DNA of 64,000 nucleotides from a candidate division FCPU426 bacterium (GCA_963771075.1 CAVYSE010000011.1:288001-352000), one strand, 5' to 3'; shown: positions 51,243 to 63,209, numbered from the stretch's first letter. Notes: generated by a model from the letters alone, not told the origin. Program-made: numbers and translations.

Positions 51243-54200
51243 ATGAAATTTCGTTCATTTTCTTTGCTTATAAAAGCGCTCCCAATTTGGCTCGCGCTGG
51301 GTTGCTCCCAAGGCCTTGCCCAAACCTACACATGGAGCAACGTGGTCATACCCGCCGGCGGGTTTGTGGCCGGTGTGGATTACAGCCCCGTGTCCCAGGG
51401 ACTAATCTACGCGCGTACCGACATCGGCGGTTTCTATCGTTGGGACAGTTCCACCAACCTTTGGATTCCTCTCGCCGACATGTTTGGCAGCAGCCAATAT
51501 AATAACTACGGCGGGGAAAGCATCGCACCCGACCCGGTCAACGCCAACAACGTCTATGTGGCGGCCGGAATGTATGAATGGAACGGCAACGGCGTCATTC
51601 TTTCCTCCACCAACCAAGGAAACACCTGGACCGTCAATCCTATCGCGGTTCCTATGGGCGGCAACTATGATGGACGTATAGCCGGTGAGCGTCTCGCAGT
51701 CGACCCCAACTCGAACAACATTCTTTATTTCGCCTCCCGCAATAACGGACTTTGGAAAAGCACCAATTCGGCTGCCAGCTGGAACAATGTAGCTTCATTC
51801 CCCGTAACTGGGGACTCGCCTTACGGCTTGAGCTATGTCATTTTCCTTCCCGGCGGAAACCCTGGTGCCGGGGCTGAAACTATTTTTGTGGGTGTGGACA
51901 CACTGTCTGCGGGAAACAGCAGTCTTTACTATTCCACCAATGCCGGCGGCACTTGGGCCGTGGTTCCAGGCGGTCCCACTAACATGATCACCCCCCATGC
52001 CTCCCTCGGAACCGACGGCAATTTATGGGTGGTTTATGACAGCGGCGGTTACGGCCCCAACAACATTTCCAATGGGGAGGTTTGGAAATTGAACACCAGA
52101 ACCCTGTCCTGGACACAGCTTACCCCCGGCCCCGGTAACGTCGGCTTTGGCGGCATCTGCGTGGATCCCGAAAACGCCCAGCACGTGGTGGTTGCGACTA
52201 TTGATTGGTGGGGAGGCCCCGATCATATCTACAGCACCACCAACGGCGGAACAAGCTGGTCGGTCATCGGGAACGCCCAAACCAGCTTTGACGGTTACGC
52301 CGCCCCTTTTGCCAATTATGTGAACAACGGCGCCATCTGGACCATGTTTTGTTCGGCTTATAACGGCGGAACGGGATGGCAGGGAGACATTAAAATTGAT
52401 CCTTATAATTCCAACAACGCCATCTACACCACCGGGGGAGGCGTCTGGACCAGCACCAACATCAATGCCGCAACCCAGCCTGCGGGCGTCACCTGGACTT
52501 TCACCGATTACGGGTTGGAAGAAACGTCTGTCCTGGACATGACCGCCTCAGCCGAGGGTGGAACATTCTTCAGCGCGGTGCGCGATATCGCCGGCATGCG
52601 CCACACCAATTTAACCCAATCCCCAGCTGTCGGCATGTACTGCAATCCTGAATTTACCGATACAACCGGAATTGATTACGCGGAGTCCGCCCCTAATACG
52701 GTTGTCCGGGTGGGTTATGGTGGCGCGATCGCTTCGGACGGCGCTTATTCCACCAACAACGGCCAGACCTGGACACCCATGGCGTCCGTCCCGGAAAACG
52801 CCGACAACGAAATGCAATCGGTGGCCATTTCCGCCAACGGGCTGACCATCCTGGCGGTTCCTAATAACGGCGATGGAAACCCGAGTTATTCGGGCAATTT
52901 TGGGTCCAGTTGGACCGCGTGTACAGGTTTGCCGGGGGGCGCTCAGATCTGTTCCGACCGGGTGGACTCCAATATCTTCTATGGTGTCTCCGGCACGACC
53001 CTATACGTCAGCACGAACGGTGGTTCCAGTTTTGCCTCGGCCGGAACTTACGCAGGAACCGAAAGTGGGAGGCCCCGGGCCGTTTTTGGGATCGCTGGGG
53101 AAGTTTGGGTGCCCACCAGCAGCGGCCTTTACCGCTTCACCAACGTGGGACTGGGGACGGTCGCCACCAAAATCATCACCAACGTGTCCAACGCCGTGGC
53201 CGTGGGTTTTGGAATGGCGGACAGCCCCACCTACACCCATCCGGCGGTTTACCTGGTGGGCACGATCAGCGGCAATTATGGTTTCTTCCGGTGTGATGAC
53301 GGGGTCGGAACGACCTGGACCCAAATCAACAACAGCAACCAATTGTTTGGGGCGGTGGGGTTCGCGGCGGGGGATGAATCAGTTTACGGCCGCATGTACA
53401 TTGGAACCAACGGCCGGGGTATTTTATATGGAAGTGTTTCCATATCGTCCACCAGCACACCGACCCCTTCCTTGACCAATACACCCACCCGTACCAACAC
53501 TCCCGTTGCGACGGCTACTTACTCCGGCACTCCCACCCGCACGATGACGACTACCAGTACTCCAACCATGACGTTGACCATGACGCGAACCAACACGGTT
53601 ACCAGCACCCAAACGGCCACCCCAACCGTCACCCCAACGGTGACGTCCACGGTCACGACCACCACCACTCGGACCGCCACACCGACGATCACATCAACCT
53701 CGACTTCGGCGAATACTAGCACCGTGACGGTTTCTTCGACCCCAACACTAACCAGGACTAGTACTTCCACGGCCACGCCGACTCAGACCTCGACCACCAC
53801 ACGCACCAATACGGCGACCGTAACTACCACCTCCACCCTGACCGTCACTTCCACGATGACTTCGCAATACACCCCAACTATCACGGCGACGGTCACCTCA
53901 TCTGCGACCCTGACTTCAACATTCACAGCCACCCCTACCCATACCCTGACTTTCACCCCCACCGTGACTTTTACGATCACCCCCACCCGGACTTCCACGA
54001 CCACGCGAACAAATACAACGACGATCACTCCAACTCAAACTTCCACAACCACCCTAACCCTGACCGAAACGCCCACAGCCACGTTGGAATTCAGCGCCAC
54101 AAATACCCTGTCGCCGACAGCAACCATGTCCCCCACGATCACCGTTACCTCGACCCATACCCTCACCGTGACCACGACTTCCACGGAAACGAACACGGCT

Positions 54201-55091
54201 ACGGCCACTACTACCGCGACGGCAACCCACACCTCCACCGTGACGGCCACTACCACAACCACCCCGACTTCGACCACGACAGCCACTTATCAGTTCAGCC
54301 CCACCAACACTCTTTCTCCCACATCGACGCTCACCTACACCACGACCGTGACCACGCCCCAGACCGGGACCAATACCAACACGCCTACCAGCACGAATAA
54401 TTCGACCCAAACCAGCACGCCCACACAGAGCCTTTCCCCGACCAGCACGTTTTCGCCCACCAGCACCTATACCCCCACGCCCACCTATACGCCGACCTGG
54501 ACAACGACTTGGACTCCGACCATCACGGTTACCTCCGCTTGGACGGATACGGATACTTCCACCGTGACGAATACCCCGACGGTGACCCCGTCCAGCACCT
54601 ACACGCCGGTCTTTACCTACACCCAGACAACCACCCCGACGGCGACTTGGACGCCTACCTATTCATCCACACCCACGTTCACCTCGACCATGACCAAAAC
54701 CTTCACCCCCAGCTGGACCTCGACTCCTACATCGACCTTGAGCTGGACACCCACGCCCACGATTACCTTAACGGCCAGCGAAACGCCGACGGAAACCAAG
54801 GCTCCGACCGCCCTGCCAGGCCATGTGGGAATCTACCCCAATCCAGATTCGGGCCCGACAGTGAAGGTTCTCCCGCCGTTCTACAATGGAATCGAGACGG
54901 TGAGGGTGGAACTCTATACCCTGGCGTTTCGGAAGGTGCAGGACATCACCTATTCCTCTTTGCCTTCGGGCACGGCCATTACCTTGAGCTTGACGGGGAA
55001 GTCGGGGAATCCGCTGGCGAACGGTCTTTACTACGTGGTGGTGACCGTTAACGGACAGCGCTTCACTGGGAAACTGCTGGTTCTCCGTTGA
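51243..55091 (+). CDS. GH74 xyloglucanase A + Thr-rich linker + CTD
   Basis: YTWSNVVIPAGGFV, YARTDIGGFYRW, GERLAVDPN, GLEET...SAVRDIAG, YGRMYIGTNGRGILYG. Confidence 0.92.
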   Translation: MKFRSFSLLIKALPIWLALGCSQGLAQTYTWSNVVIPAGGFVAGVDYSPVSQGLIYARTDIGGFYRWDSSTNLWIPLADMFGSSQYNNYGGESIAPDPVNANNVYVAAGMYEWNGNGVILSSTNQGNTWTVNPIAVPMGGNYDGRIAGERLAVDPNSNNILYFASRNNGLWKSTNSAASWNNVASFPVTGDSPYGLSYVIFLPGGNPGAGAETIFVGVDTLSAGNSSLYYSTNAGGTWAVVPGGPTNMITPHASLGTDGNLWVVYDSGGYGPNNISNGEVWKLNTRTLSWTQLTPGPGNVGFGGICVDPENAQHVVVATIDWWGGPDHIYSTTNGGTSWSVIGNAQTSFDGYAAPFANYVNNGAIWTMFCSAYNGGTGWQGDIKIDPYNSNNAIYTTGGGVWTSTNINAATQPAGVTWTFTDYGLEETSVLDMTASAEGGTFFSAVRDIAGMRHTNLTQSPAVGMYCNPEFTDTTGIDYAESAPNTVVRVGYGGAIASDGAYSTNNGQTWTPMASVPENADNEMQSVAISANGLTILAVPNNGDGNPSYSGNFGSSWTACTGLPGGAQICSDRVDSNIFYGVSGTTLYVSTNGGSSFASAGTYAGTESGRPRAVFGIAGEVWVPTSSGLYRFTNVGLGTVATKIITNVSNAVAVGFGMADSPTYTHPAVYLVGTISGNYGFFRCDDGVGTTWTQINNSNQLFGAVGFAAGDESVYGRMYIGTNGRGILYGSVSISSTSTPTPSLTNTPTRTNTPVATATYSGTPTRTMTTTSTPTMTLTMTRTNTVTSTQTATPTVTPTVTSTVTTTTTRTATPTITSTSTSANTSTVTVSSTPTLTRTSTSTATPTQTSTTTRTNTATVTTTSTLTVTSTMTSQYTPTITATVTSSATLTSTFTATPTHTLTFTPTVTFTITPTRTSTTTRTNTTTITPTQTSTTTLTLTETPTATLEFSATNTLSPTATMSPTITVTSTHTLTVTTTSTETNTATATTTATATHTSTVTATTTTTPTSTTTATYQFSPTNTLSPTSTLTYTTTVTTPQTGTNTNTPTSTNNSTQTSTPTQSLSPTSTFSPTSTYTPTPTYTPTWTTTWTPTITVTSAWTDTDTSTVTNTPTVTPSSTYTPVFTYTQTTTPTATWTPTYSSTPTFTSTMTKTFTPSWTSTPTSTLSWTPTPTITLTASETPTETKAPTALPGHVGIYPNPDSGPTVKVLPPFYNGIETVRVELYTLAFRKVQDITYSSLPSGTAITLSLTGKSGNPLANGLYYVVVTVNGQRFTGKLLVLR

Positions 55092-55121
55092 GTACTTTTT
55101 TTGATTGGGTGAGGGGGTCTC

Positions 55122-58100
55122 ATGAGTAAACGTGTAAATCAAAATCCGTGGATGTACTTCATCCCCTTGGTCCGAATCAAATCGATCCTGTCGGTTGTTC
55201 TATTCCTGCTCTTGGGCCTCGCCGGGCGTTCCCAAGCCCAATACGCGTGGCAGAACGTCCCTGTCCCGGGAGGCGGGTTCGTCGCGGGGCTGGTCTATAG
55301 CCGCGCCGTCTCGGGCCTGATCTACGCGCGCGCCGACATCGGCGGCTTCTACCGATGGGACAGCGCCACAAGCCTGTGGATTCCCCTGACCGACATGTAC
55401 GGAATCAGCCAAGTCACTTATTTCGGGGGGGAGAGCATCGCCCCGGACCCGACGAATGCCAATATCGTCTATGCGGCGGCAGGAATGTATGAGGGTAGCG
55501 GAAACGGGGTGATCCTTTCCTCCACCAACCAAGGCAACACCTGGACCATCAATTCCATCCCGGTCCCCATGGGGGGCAACGAGGACGGTCGTCAAGCAGG
55601 GGAGCGGTTGGCGGTTGATCCGAACTCGAACAGCATTCTCTATTTCGGTTCCCGCAGGAATGGCCTTTGGAAAAGCACCAACTCGGCCGCGAGCTGGAGT
55701 CAGGTGACTTCCTTTCCGACGAACGGCGATGCGGGTTACGGCATTTCCTACGAGATTTTCCTTCCGGGCGGTAACCCCGGCGCCGGGGCTGAAACTATTA
55801 TTGTGGGCGTGGACTCCATGAACTCCGGAAACAGCAGCCTGTACCGATCCACCAACGCCGGAGCTAGTTGGGCCGTGGTTCCCGGAGGGCCTACCAACAT
55901 GATTACGCCCCACGCCTCCCTGGGAACTGATGGAAATTTGTGGCTTGTCTATGACAGCGGCGGCTATGGACCTGGTGCGATCACGAATGGCCAAATTTGG
56001 AGGCTCAATACCTCGACCCTCGCCTGGACCAATGTAACACCCGCCATCGGGCCGGCCTCCCCCAACGGCGGATACGGCGACGTCAGCGTGGACGCCGAAA
56101 ATCCACAGCACGCTGTGGCTTCCACCCTCGATTGGTGGAGCGGTCCGGACAAGGTCTTCCAGACGGTCAATGCGGGGGCCAGCTGGACGATCATCGCCAA
56201 CATCTCCGAGGGTTGGAATGCCGGGCCTTTCTCGGTCTACAACGACAACGGCGCCATTTGGACCTTGGGTTGCGGCACCGAAGCCGGAGGGACGGGTTGG
56301 GCGGGGAACTGCAAGATCGATCCCTTCAATTCCAACAACGCCTTTTACACGTCGGGGGGGAACCCGGGGGCGGAGGGCTTTGGTTCAGCGCCAACATCAA
56401 CGCCGCCGCGCAGCCTGCGGGCGTCACCTGGACCTTCGCCACCTATGGGGAGGAGGAAACGGCTCCTATTTTCTTGCCTGCCTCTGCGGCGGGCGGGGTC
56501 TTCTTCAGCGCCGTGGGCGACATCGCTGGCATGCGCTATACCAACGTGACCCAACCTTCAGCTACGGGGGCTTATTGCAACCCGCAATTTGGCAGCATGG
56601 AAGGTATAGATTTCGCAGAACTGAACACTAACGTCGTCTTGCGGGTGGGGTACAGCTATAATCCGGGCGGCGTTGCTGACGATGTGGCTTACTCAACCAA
56701 CAACGGCCTGACCTGGACACCCTGGGGGAGCGCCCCGCCTGGTTACACAGCGGCGGGTAATTTGGGTTCCGTGGCGGTTGCGGCTGATGGGTCCCATGTG
56801 GTGGTATCTCCCACCAACGGAAACGGCTCACCGGCTTACGCCTCCTCCCTCGGGGGGGCCTGGACCACCTGCGCGGGGCTTCCCAGCGGCGCCATGCTGG
56901 CCGCCGACCGGGTCAGCCCTTCCACGATTTACGCCACTTATCCCCAGTACCCGGGGAACAACTCGGTGGACGTTTACGTGAGCACGAACTACGGGGCGAG
57001 TTTTACCCAGGTGGATACGATCACAAACACGGGCGCGATCCCAGCCCCGGGTTGGTACCAAACGCTGCCCCGGGCCGTTTTCGGCAAAGCCGGGGAATTC
57101 TGGGTAAACTCGATGAACCTATACCGGTACACGAATGCCGGGGCCACAAAGATCCAGATCGCCAACGTCACCGGCGCTCTCGGCGAGGGGTTCGGCATGG
57201 CGGCTTCCGGGCAGACCCATCCGGCCGTTTACCTGATCGGGACCGTTAATGGGACCTATGGTTTCTTCCGCTGTGACGACGGGGTGGGCAGTACCTGGAC
57301 CCGGATTAACGATGCCAACCACCAGTACGGGAACGCGATGGGCATTGAAGGGGACGAAACCGTTTACGGTCGCGCCTATGTCGGGGCCGGGGGCCGGGGC
57401 ATCCTTTACGGAAATATCCCGGCGGGCACCGCGACCCCCACATCGACATCCACGTCCACCTCGACCGCGACCCGAACGAACACACCCACAAATACCCTGA
57501 CGGTTACTCCTACCGTAACCCCCACCGTGACGCCGACTCAGACCTCGACCACCACACGCACCAATACGGCAACCGTGACTTCCACATCCACTATTACTCG
57601 TACCCAGACCTCTACCCCCACAGTGACGGCGACGGTTACATCAACCCAGACTTCCACGACGACTCTAACCTTTACCCCCACCCGGACTTCGACCGCGACG
57701 AATACATTGACCTTTACTTGGACTTCCACCTCGACGCCCCCATTCACCCCGAGCGCTACTTTATCCCCCACACCCTCTCCCACCCAGTCCACGACACGGA
57801 CTTACACGGCGACCAACAGCCCTTCCGCTACAACGACCTTCACCTCAACGAATACCCCGACTTCCACGAATTCCACGACCCCAACCCGCACCCTGACGCC
57901 CACGGTCACCGGAACCTCAACCGCCACTTTCCCCTTCAGTCCGACGGTGACTTTGTCGCCTACCTCCTCCTTTACTGGCACTATGACCGTGACCCGCACT
58001 TCCACGGGAACGTTCACAGGTACGGCAACATCCACCTCAACCTTTACCCCGACCCACACCTCCACTGCAACTTTTACAGGTACAGGAACCTCCACACCGA

Positions 58101-59593
58101 CGGCCACCCATACCTTGACGCCCACAAATTCCGCAACATCCACCGTAACGGGTACCTCCACGGCCACCTTCCCCTTCAGCCCTACGATCACCCTTTCCCC
58201 GACGGTAACGCTGACACCCACCTCGACCTACACCCCCACCGCCACCACCACCTTGACTTCGAGTTCTACCCCGACCTCGACCCATACCCTAACGCCCACC
58301 GATACATCGACTGCAACGAAAACCCCGACCTTTACCCCGACGGCAACCAACACCCTGACGGGGTCGCCCACGGCCACCTTCCCCTATAGTCCGACGGTGA
58401 CCCTGTCCCCCACAACCACTTACACTGGTACGAATACGGCGACCCCCACTTGGACTTTCACCTCAACCTCCACCTTTACTTCGACTTCGACCCACACCTT
58501 CACCTCAACCGCCACGGCCACCCCAACATCGACTCCCACTTCTACTTCGACGTCCAGTCATACTTCCACCGCCACTTCGACGCCAACCTCCACCCCCACC
58601 TTTACCACGACCCCCACGGTGACCTTGACGTGGACCTTTACCCCCACTTCAACCATGACTTCGACCTATACGTCGACCGCTTCCGCGACCACGACCTTCA
58701 CCCCGACCGAGACTTTCACGCCCACCTCGGCCATCGTGAATATCAGCTCAACCTCATCCACCTTCAATACACTTTCCGGGTCCGCCGGCGTCACGGCAGT
58801 ATCCGCGAACCTCAGCGATCCAAGCGCATTAGGGGTCAACCTCACGAATATCACGGTCAGCGACCTGGGCGGCAACGCGGCGAATGTCACATCCGTCAGT
58901 GTTTATTTGAATGGAATACTGCAGGCTTCCGTTCCGGGATTCACCGGCAATACGGCCACGCTGAGCCTGAACAACGACTTGATCACGTCTACCTCCAACA
59001 GCCTGCAGGTCCTGGTGGACTTCTCGGGTACGGCGGTTGGGACCTATGAGTTCTCGATCAGCGGCCTGACGGGAACCAGTACGAATAACGGGGGACAGCC
59101 GGTGTCGATCACGGGATTGCCGGTTTCGGGCAACACGGTGAACTGCCAGCAAGCCACGTTCACGCCCACCCAAACTTCCACACCCACCCACACCTACACC
59201 TATACCGCCACACCGACGCTGACCCTCTCGGTGACATGGACCGCGACCTCGACCTGGACGATCTCGGCCACTACGACCGGAACGATCACCCCGACCTTTA
59301 CGCATACGCCGGTACCCCAAAAGATACCGATCCTTTATCCCAATCCGGTGACTGGACCGACGGTGAATGTGCTTCCGCCCAGTTACACGAGAATCTCGAC
59401 GGTGAGGGTGGAGATCTTCACGGTGAATTACCGGATGGTCGTGGATGAGACCTTCTATTCGGTGCCCTCGGGAACGAGCGTAAACGTCAACCTGACGGGC
59501 CGGGGAGGGAATCCATTAGCCAACGGAATTTACTACGCGGTGGTCACGGTCAATGGCCAACGCTCCATCGGAAAACTACTGGTTCTGAGGTGA
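55122..59593 (+). CDS. GH74 xyloglucanase B + Thr-rich linker + Ig-like domain + CTD (frameshift in G-runs 56354-56370)
   Basis: YARADIGGFYRW, GERLAVDPN, then in the next frame SAVGDIAG...GRGILYG; paralogue of 51243. Confidence 0.9.
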
Positions 59594-59615
59594 AGGAACA
59601 GCCGGCGATACTTTA
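57890..59615 (+). repeat. Thr-linker-Ig-CTD tail, copy 2
   Basis: See 47315-48957. Confidence 0.9.
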
Positions 59616-59639
59616 AGCCATTGGTTGGAGGAATCGGGA

Positions 59640-60143
59640 ATGTTTCGAACAAGCGGGGCGACCAAGGAAGAAGCTGATGCGAAAGAAGTCAGACCGACGA
59701 CCATTTCCAGGGTCCTTCAACATGAACCCGGGGTCAGCGATGAAATACGGCATAGGGTCCAAATCGCGGAAAAAATGTTGGATTGTTACATCCAAACCGA
59801 GGAGAAGATTTTGCCCTTTGGAAGAATAAACACAAACCCGTTTCTGAAAGTCTTGCGCGATAGGAATGGAGGTGATCCGGTCGGGGAGTCCGTAATCGCA
59901 ACAACCATATTGTTTTCCTTTGAAATGATGCGTTGCCTCAGATACTTGAGGGATAATGGTTTTCGCCAGGGTGTCTGTTCCGTCGGACTGGACCGCTTAT
60001 CCCGAGAAATTGGGTCGACGGTAGTGGATTTTGAGATCCTTGTGGGGATATCCGAGCAGTATGGGATCATCGAGAAGAGCGGTTGGGATGCTTTTTGGAT
60101 CACGCCTCTTGGATTCCAATTATTAAAGAATGAGAATATTTAA
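59640..60143 (+). CDS. Hypothetical protein, possibly with a wHTH-like C-terminus
   Basis: SD GGAGG; ends GIIEKSGWDAFWITPLGFQLL. Confidence 0.55.
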   Translation: MFRTSGATKEEADAKEVRPTTISRVLQHEPGVSDEIRHRVQIAEKMLDCYIQTEEKILPFGRINTNPFLKVLRDRNGGDPVGESVIATTILFSFEMMRCLRYLRDNGFRQGVCSVGLDRLSREIGSTVVDFEILVGISEQYGIIEKSGWDAFWITPLGFQLLKNENI

Positions 60144-60467
60144 TTCACGAGGGAGCGGCTAACCCTTCCCGAGAAAGAGATGATTTTAAAAAAGAGCATT
60201 CATCCCTTCCCGTTTGCATTATTCTTTATCCCTTTCTTCTTATCAATCTACCCAAATCACTCATGCTCAAAAACACTTGAGAAATTTGATTTCGCCGTTT
60301 ACAAAAATGTCGGGGCCTCAAATCCGTAGTTTGGGCATAGGAGAGAGGCGAAAAAACCCCTCACATAAATGTAGGGTGAAGTCCACGGGAAAGGGATGAT
60401 TGTCATAGCATTACCAAGACAATCGAGGGACCATATTTACATGTAGTCGTGTAGATATGGGGGAGAC

Positions 60468-60857
60468 ATGAAAAGGTTAGAAGTGCGGATAAGGCCAGAC
60501 CAAATCGACGCCTTGGAAAAGGCGCTGTTACAGGTGGGGTATCCCACCCTGCCCCTCATGACCATTGATGGCGGGGGGGCCCGGGGCGTTCGTTGGACCT
60601 TCCAGGGGCTGGATTTCAACCTCGAATTTCTTCCCAACGTTCAATTGGAGATCGTCGGGTCCAACGCCGTCATCGAAAAATTACAAACCGGCCTTTCCGC
60701 CAAGGGAATCGCCCTGCCAAATACAATAGGCGAAAGACAAGCCCAACCGCTGGTATTTCCTAAACTGGAGTCCATCCAAGCGACGGTGGTTTGGCAACCC
60801 CGCTGTAAATTCCGTAATGGTACTTATATGGTATTCAATGAATCGGCCGCCCCATAA
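60468..60857 (+). CDS. Degenerate PII-like protein
   Basis: MKRLEVRIRPDQIDALEKALLQVGYP...EFLPNVQLEIV; lacks the GDGKIF motif. Confidence 0.6.
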   Translation: MKRLEVRIRPDQIDALEKALLQVGYPTLPLMTIDGGGARGVRWTFQGLDFNLEFLPNVQLEIVGSNAVIEKLQTGLSAKGIALPNTIGERQAQPLVFPKLESIQATVVWQPRCKFRNGTYMVFNESAAP

Positions 60858-60978
60858 GCCCGTTTTTCATTCCCATCGCCCTGATCTTGTCGGTATTGGG
60901 GCTCGCGGACTTCGACGTGTACCAACTCAATTTAAGACGATAAGTTGCAATAAGGGCCCCTTTTCTCATGAAAAGGGG

Positions 60979-61677
60979 TCAATCTACCGCCAGCCGGTAG
61001 CCCACACCCGGTTCTGTTAAGAAGTGTTGGGGCCGCCCCGGTTGGGTCTCCAGCTTTTGACGCAGGTTATTCATGTGAACCCTCAGGTAATGGGCCTTGT
61101 TCGCGTAGGCCTCTCCCCAAATTTCGGTGAGCAGTTGGCGCTGGGTGACGACCTTACCCGCATGCCGGACAAGAAGGGCCAACAGGTCGAATTCCCGTGG
61201 TGTCAGGTGAACTTCTTCTTGTCCCGTCGCGACTCGTCGGTGAGAGAGATCCACATTTAAATCCCCGTGCTGGAAAATGGATGATTCAGGTTCGCCTTGG
61301 GAAAGGAGGATGTGCCTTTGGGCTACACGAATACGCGCTAAAAGCTCCTGCACCCCGAAGGGTTTGGTCAAGTAATCATCCGCACCGGCGTCTAAGGCGC
61401 CAACCTTGTCCGTTTCCCGGTCACGCGCGGAAATGACGATGATGGGCTTCTTGGACCACTCCCGCAAGCGTCGGGTGACTTCTAAACCGTCGATATCGGG
61501 AAGGCCCAAATCCAAAAGGATAAAATGAGGGTTTCGGGTTGCGGCTTGAGTGAGCCCCTCCTGGCCATTGACAGCTTCCAGATATTGGTAGCCACTTGCG
61601 GAAAGGGAAGCTTTGAGGAAAAGACGGATGGCCGGATCATCCTCGATGCAAAGAACGGAAGGTTTTTCAGGTTCCAT
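60979..61677 (-). CDS. kdpE: KdpE-like OmpR-family response regulator
   Basis: LLDLGLPDIDGLEV.RRLREWS..PIIVISAR...DAGADDYLTKPFG, HYLRVHM..LRQKLE, TEPGVGYR. Confidence 0.9.
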   Translation of the reverse strand: MEPEKPSVLCIEDDPAIRLFLKASLSASGYQYLEAVNGQEGLTQAATRNPHFILLDLGLPDIDGLEVTRRLREWSKKPIIVISARDRETDKVGALDAGADDYLTKPFGVQELLARIRVAQRHILLSQGEPESSIFQHGDLNVDLSHRRVATGQEEVHLTPREFDLLALLVRHAGKVVTQRQLLTEIWGEAYANKAHYLRVHMNNLRQKLETQPGRPQHFLTEPGVGYRLAVD

Positions 61678-61682
61678 GATGG

Positions 61683-62789
61683 TTACCCCTCGTCCACGAT
61701 AGGCGGGTCTCCTTCTAAAGGCAAGGTGACCGTAAAACGCGCACCCCCCCCGGGCGGAAGCGAGGCCCTGATATAGCCGCCGTGAGCCTGGGCTATTCCC
61801 CTGCAGATACTCAAACCCAATCCCACCCCCCTCGGCCCGCTTTGCCGTCCGCGGGTGAATTTTTCAAAAATGGCTTCTTCTTCACCCGGTTCGAATCCCG
61901 GGCCACGGTCGGTAACCACTAGTTTCAACATTCCGTTGGCGATATTCGCGCCTATCGTGATACGGGTTCCGGGAGGTGTGTGATTCATGGCATTTTCCAG
62001 GAGGTTCAAGAGCATCTGTTCCACCAGCAATCCATCCATGGAAACCAAGGGGAGGCCGGGATGGAGATGAAGGGCCACCGGATGTTCGTCCGCCCGGTGT
62101 TTCAGGCGGTCCAGGGCGGTTCCGACCACTTCTTCAACCGAGTTCCAGTCTTTCCTCAAATTAAGGGCACCCGACTCAAGACGGGTCATATCGAGCAGGT
62201 TTTGAACCAGCCGGTTCATGCGCTCGGCCTCCTCATAAATACTTAGAGACAGTTGGCGTCTTTCTTCTACGGTTAATGTTTTAGCCCCCTCTAAAAGGCT
62301 GCTGGCGGCACCGGCAATGGCGGTCAGGGGTGTCCTCAAGTCATGGGAAACGGCGCTTAAGAGAGCGCTTCGGTTTTTTTCAGTCTCCGCCTCGACCCGG
62401 TGCAATTCCCCCATGCGGGATTGGGCGGCCAGGGTGCTGATGACGAGACTAACGACCAACATAACGATTAAATTCATCCAGGACTGGGGACTGGACATTG
62501 CGAAACTGAAATAGGGGGGGGTGATGAAATAATCCACCGCCAGTACTCCCCAAAAGGAGGCGGCAATGGCTGGACCACGCCCCCACCAATAGGCAATTCC
62601 AACTACCCCTAAGAGATAAAAAATGGAAATAGTGGATGTCTCAAGAGTTTGTCGAAGCCAAAAGCCTGGCAAGGTGATGGCTGAAACCAACAAAAAACTC
62701 CAAAGATAATTCAATGAATAATGTTTCGATGCGGTGTCGGAATTTCCAGGATCATTTATATTTTTAGATGCAAGAGGGGGGGTGGTCAT
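61683..62789 (-). CDS. KdpD-like sensor kinase (DUF4118 TMs + HisKA + HATPase only)
   Basis: DYFITPPYFSF, RSALLSAVSHDLRTPL, NLLDMTRLESG, GVGLGLSICRGI..AHGG. Confidence 0.88.
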   Translation of the reverse strand: MTTPPLASKNINDPGNSDTASKHYSLNYLWSFLLVSAITLPGFWLRQTLETSTISIFYLLGVVGIAYWWGRGPAIAASFWGVLAVDYFITPPYFSFAMSSPQSWMNLIVMLVVSLVISTLAAQSRMGELHRVEAETEKNRSALLSAVSHDLRTPLTAIAGAASSLLEGAKTLTVEERRQLSLSIYEEAERMNRLVQNLLDMTRLESGALNLRKDWNSVEEVVGTALDRLKHRADEHPVALHLHPGLPLVSMDGLLVEQMLLNLLENAMNHTPPGTRITIGANIANGMLKLVVTDRGPGFEPGEEEAIFEKFTRGRQSGPRGVGLGLSICRGIAQAHGGYIRASLPPGGGARFTVTLPLEGDPPIVDEG

Positions 62790-62966
62790 AACCGCTACTT
62801 TATTACCTTCCTGAAAATCAAAAAATAGATTTCAAATCGCGGTATTCACGATAATGAGCAAAAATGTAAAACTACAATATTGTTATTTCTTACGATAAGG
62901 TAATAAAAGTTGATTTTTGATGGGCTGAATAACTAGGTATAAACAATCCTCTGACCTCATTTTGAA

Positions 62967-63014
62967 TCAAGAAAACGTAAAGACGGGAAGGCGAGGTATA
63001 AAGACGCCATAAAT
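62967..63014 (+). promoter_or_regulatory. 11/21/11-spaced T(A/C)AA(A/G) repeats between the kinase and APC genes (KdpE-box-like)
   Basis: TCAAG 62967, TAAAG 62978, TAAAG 62999, TAAAT 63010; also TAAC/TGAC at 63125/63136. Confidence 0.5.
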
Positions 63015-63209
63015 ATTTTGAACCTTGAAAGGTTGAAAATTTTTTAACCGCTTCGGTCTCCCTTTTTTTCCTAAAAAAATACGAATCGTCCGCTTCCTAT
63101 CCTGAAACATACATTTCTCATTCCTAACGGGTTCCTGACAATGGCACGACCATTGCTTTTAAGGACCTCCGTAAGCGGGCCGTACATTTGCTTTATTAGG
63201 AGGAATGAG

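Noticed and set aside
40200..59400. CRISPR-like or non-coding tandem repeats
   Set aside because: The repeats are in-frame Thr/Pro codon tracts inside CDSs, with no constant repeat/unique spacer pattern and no cas genes
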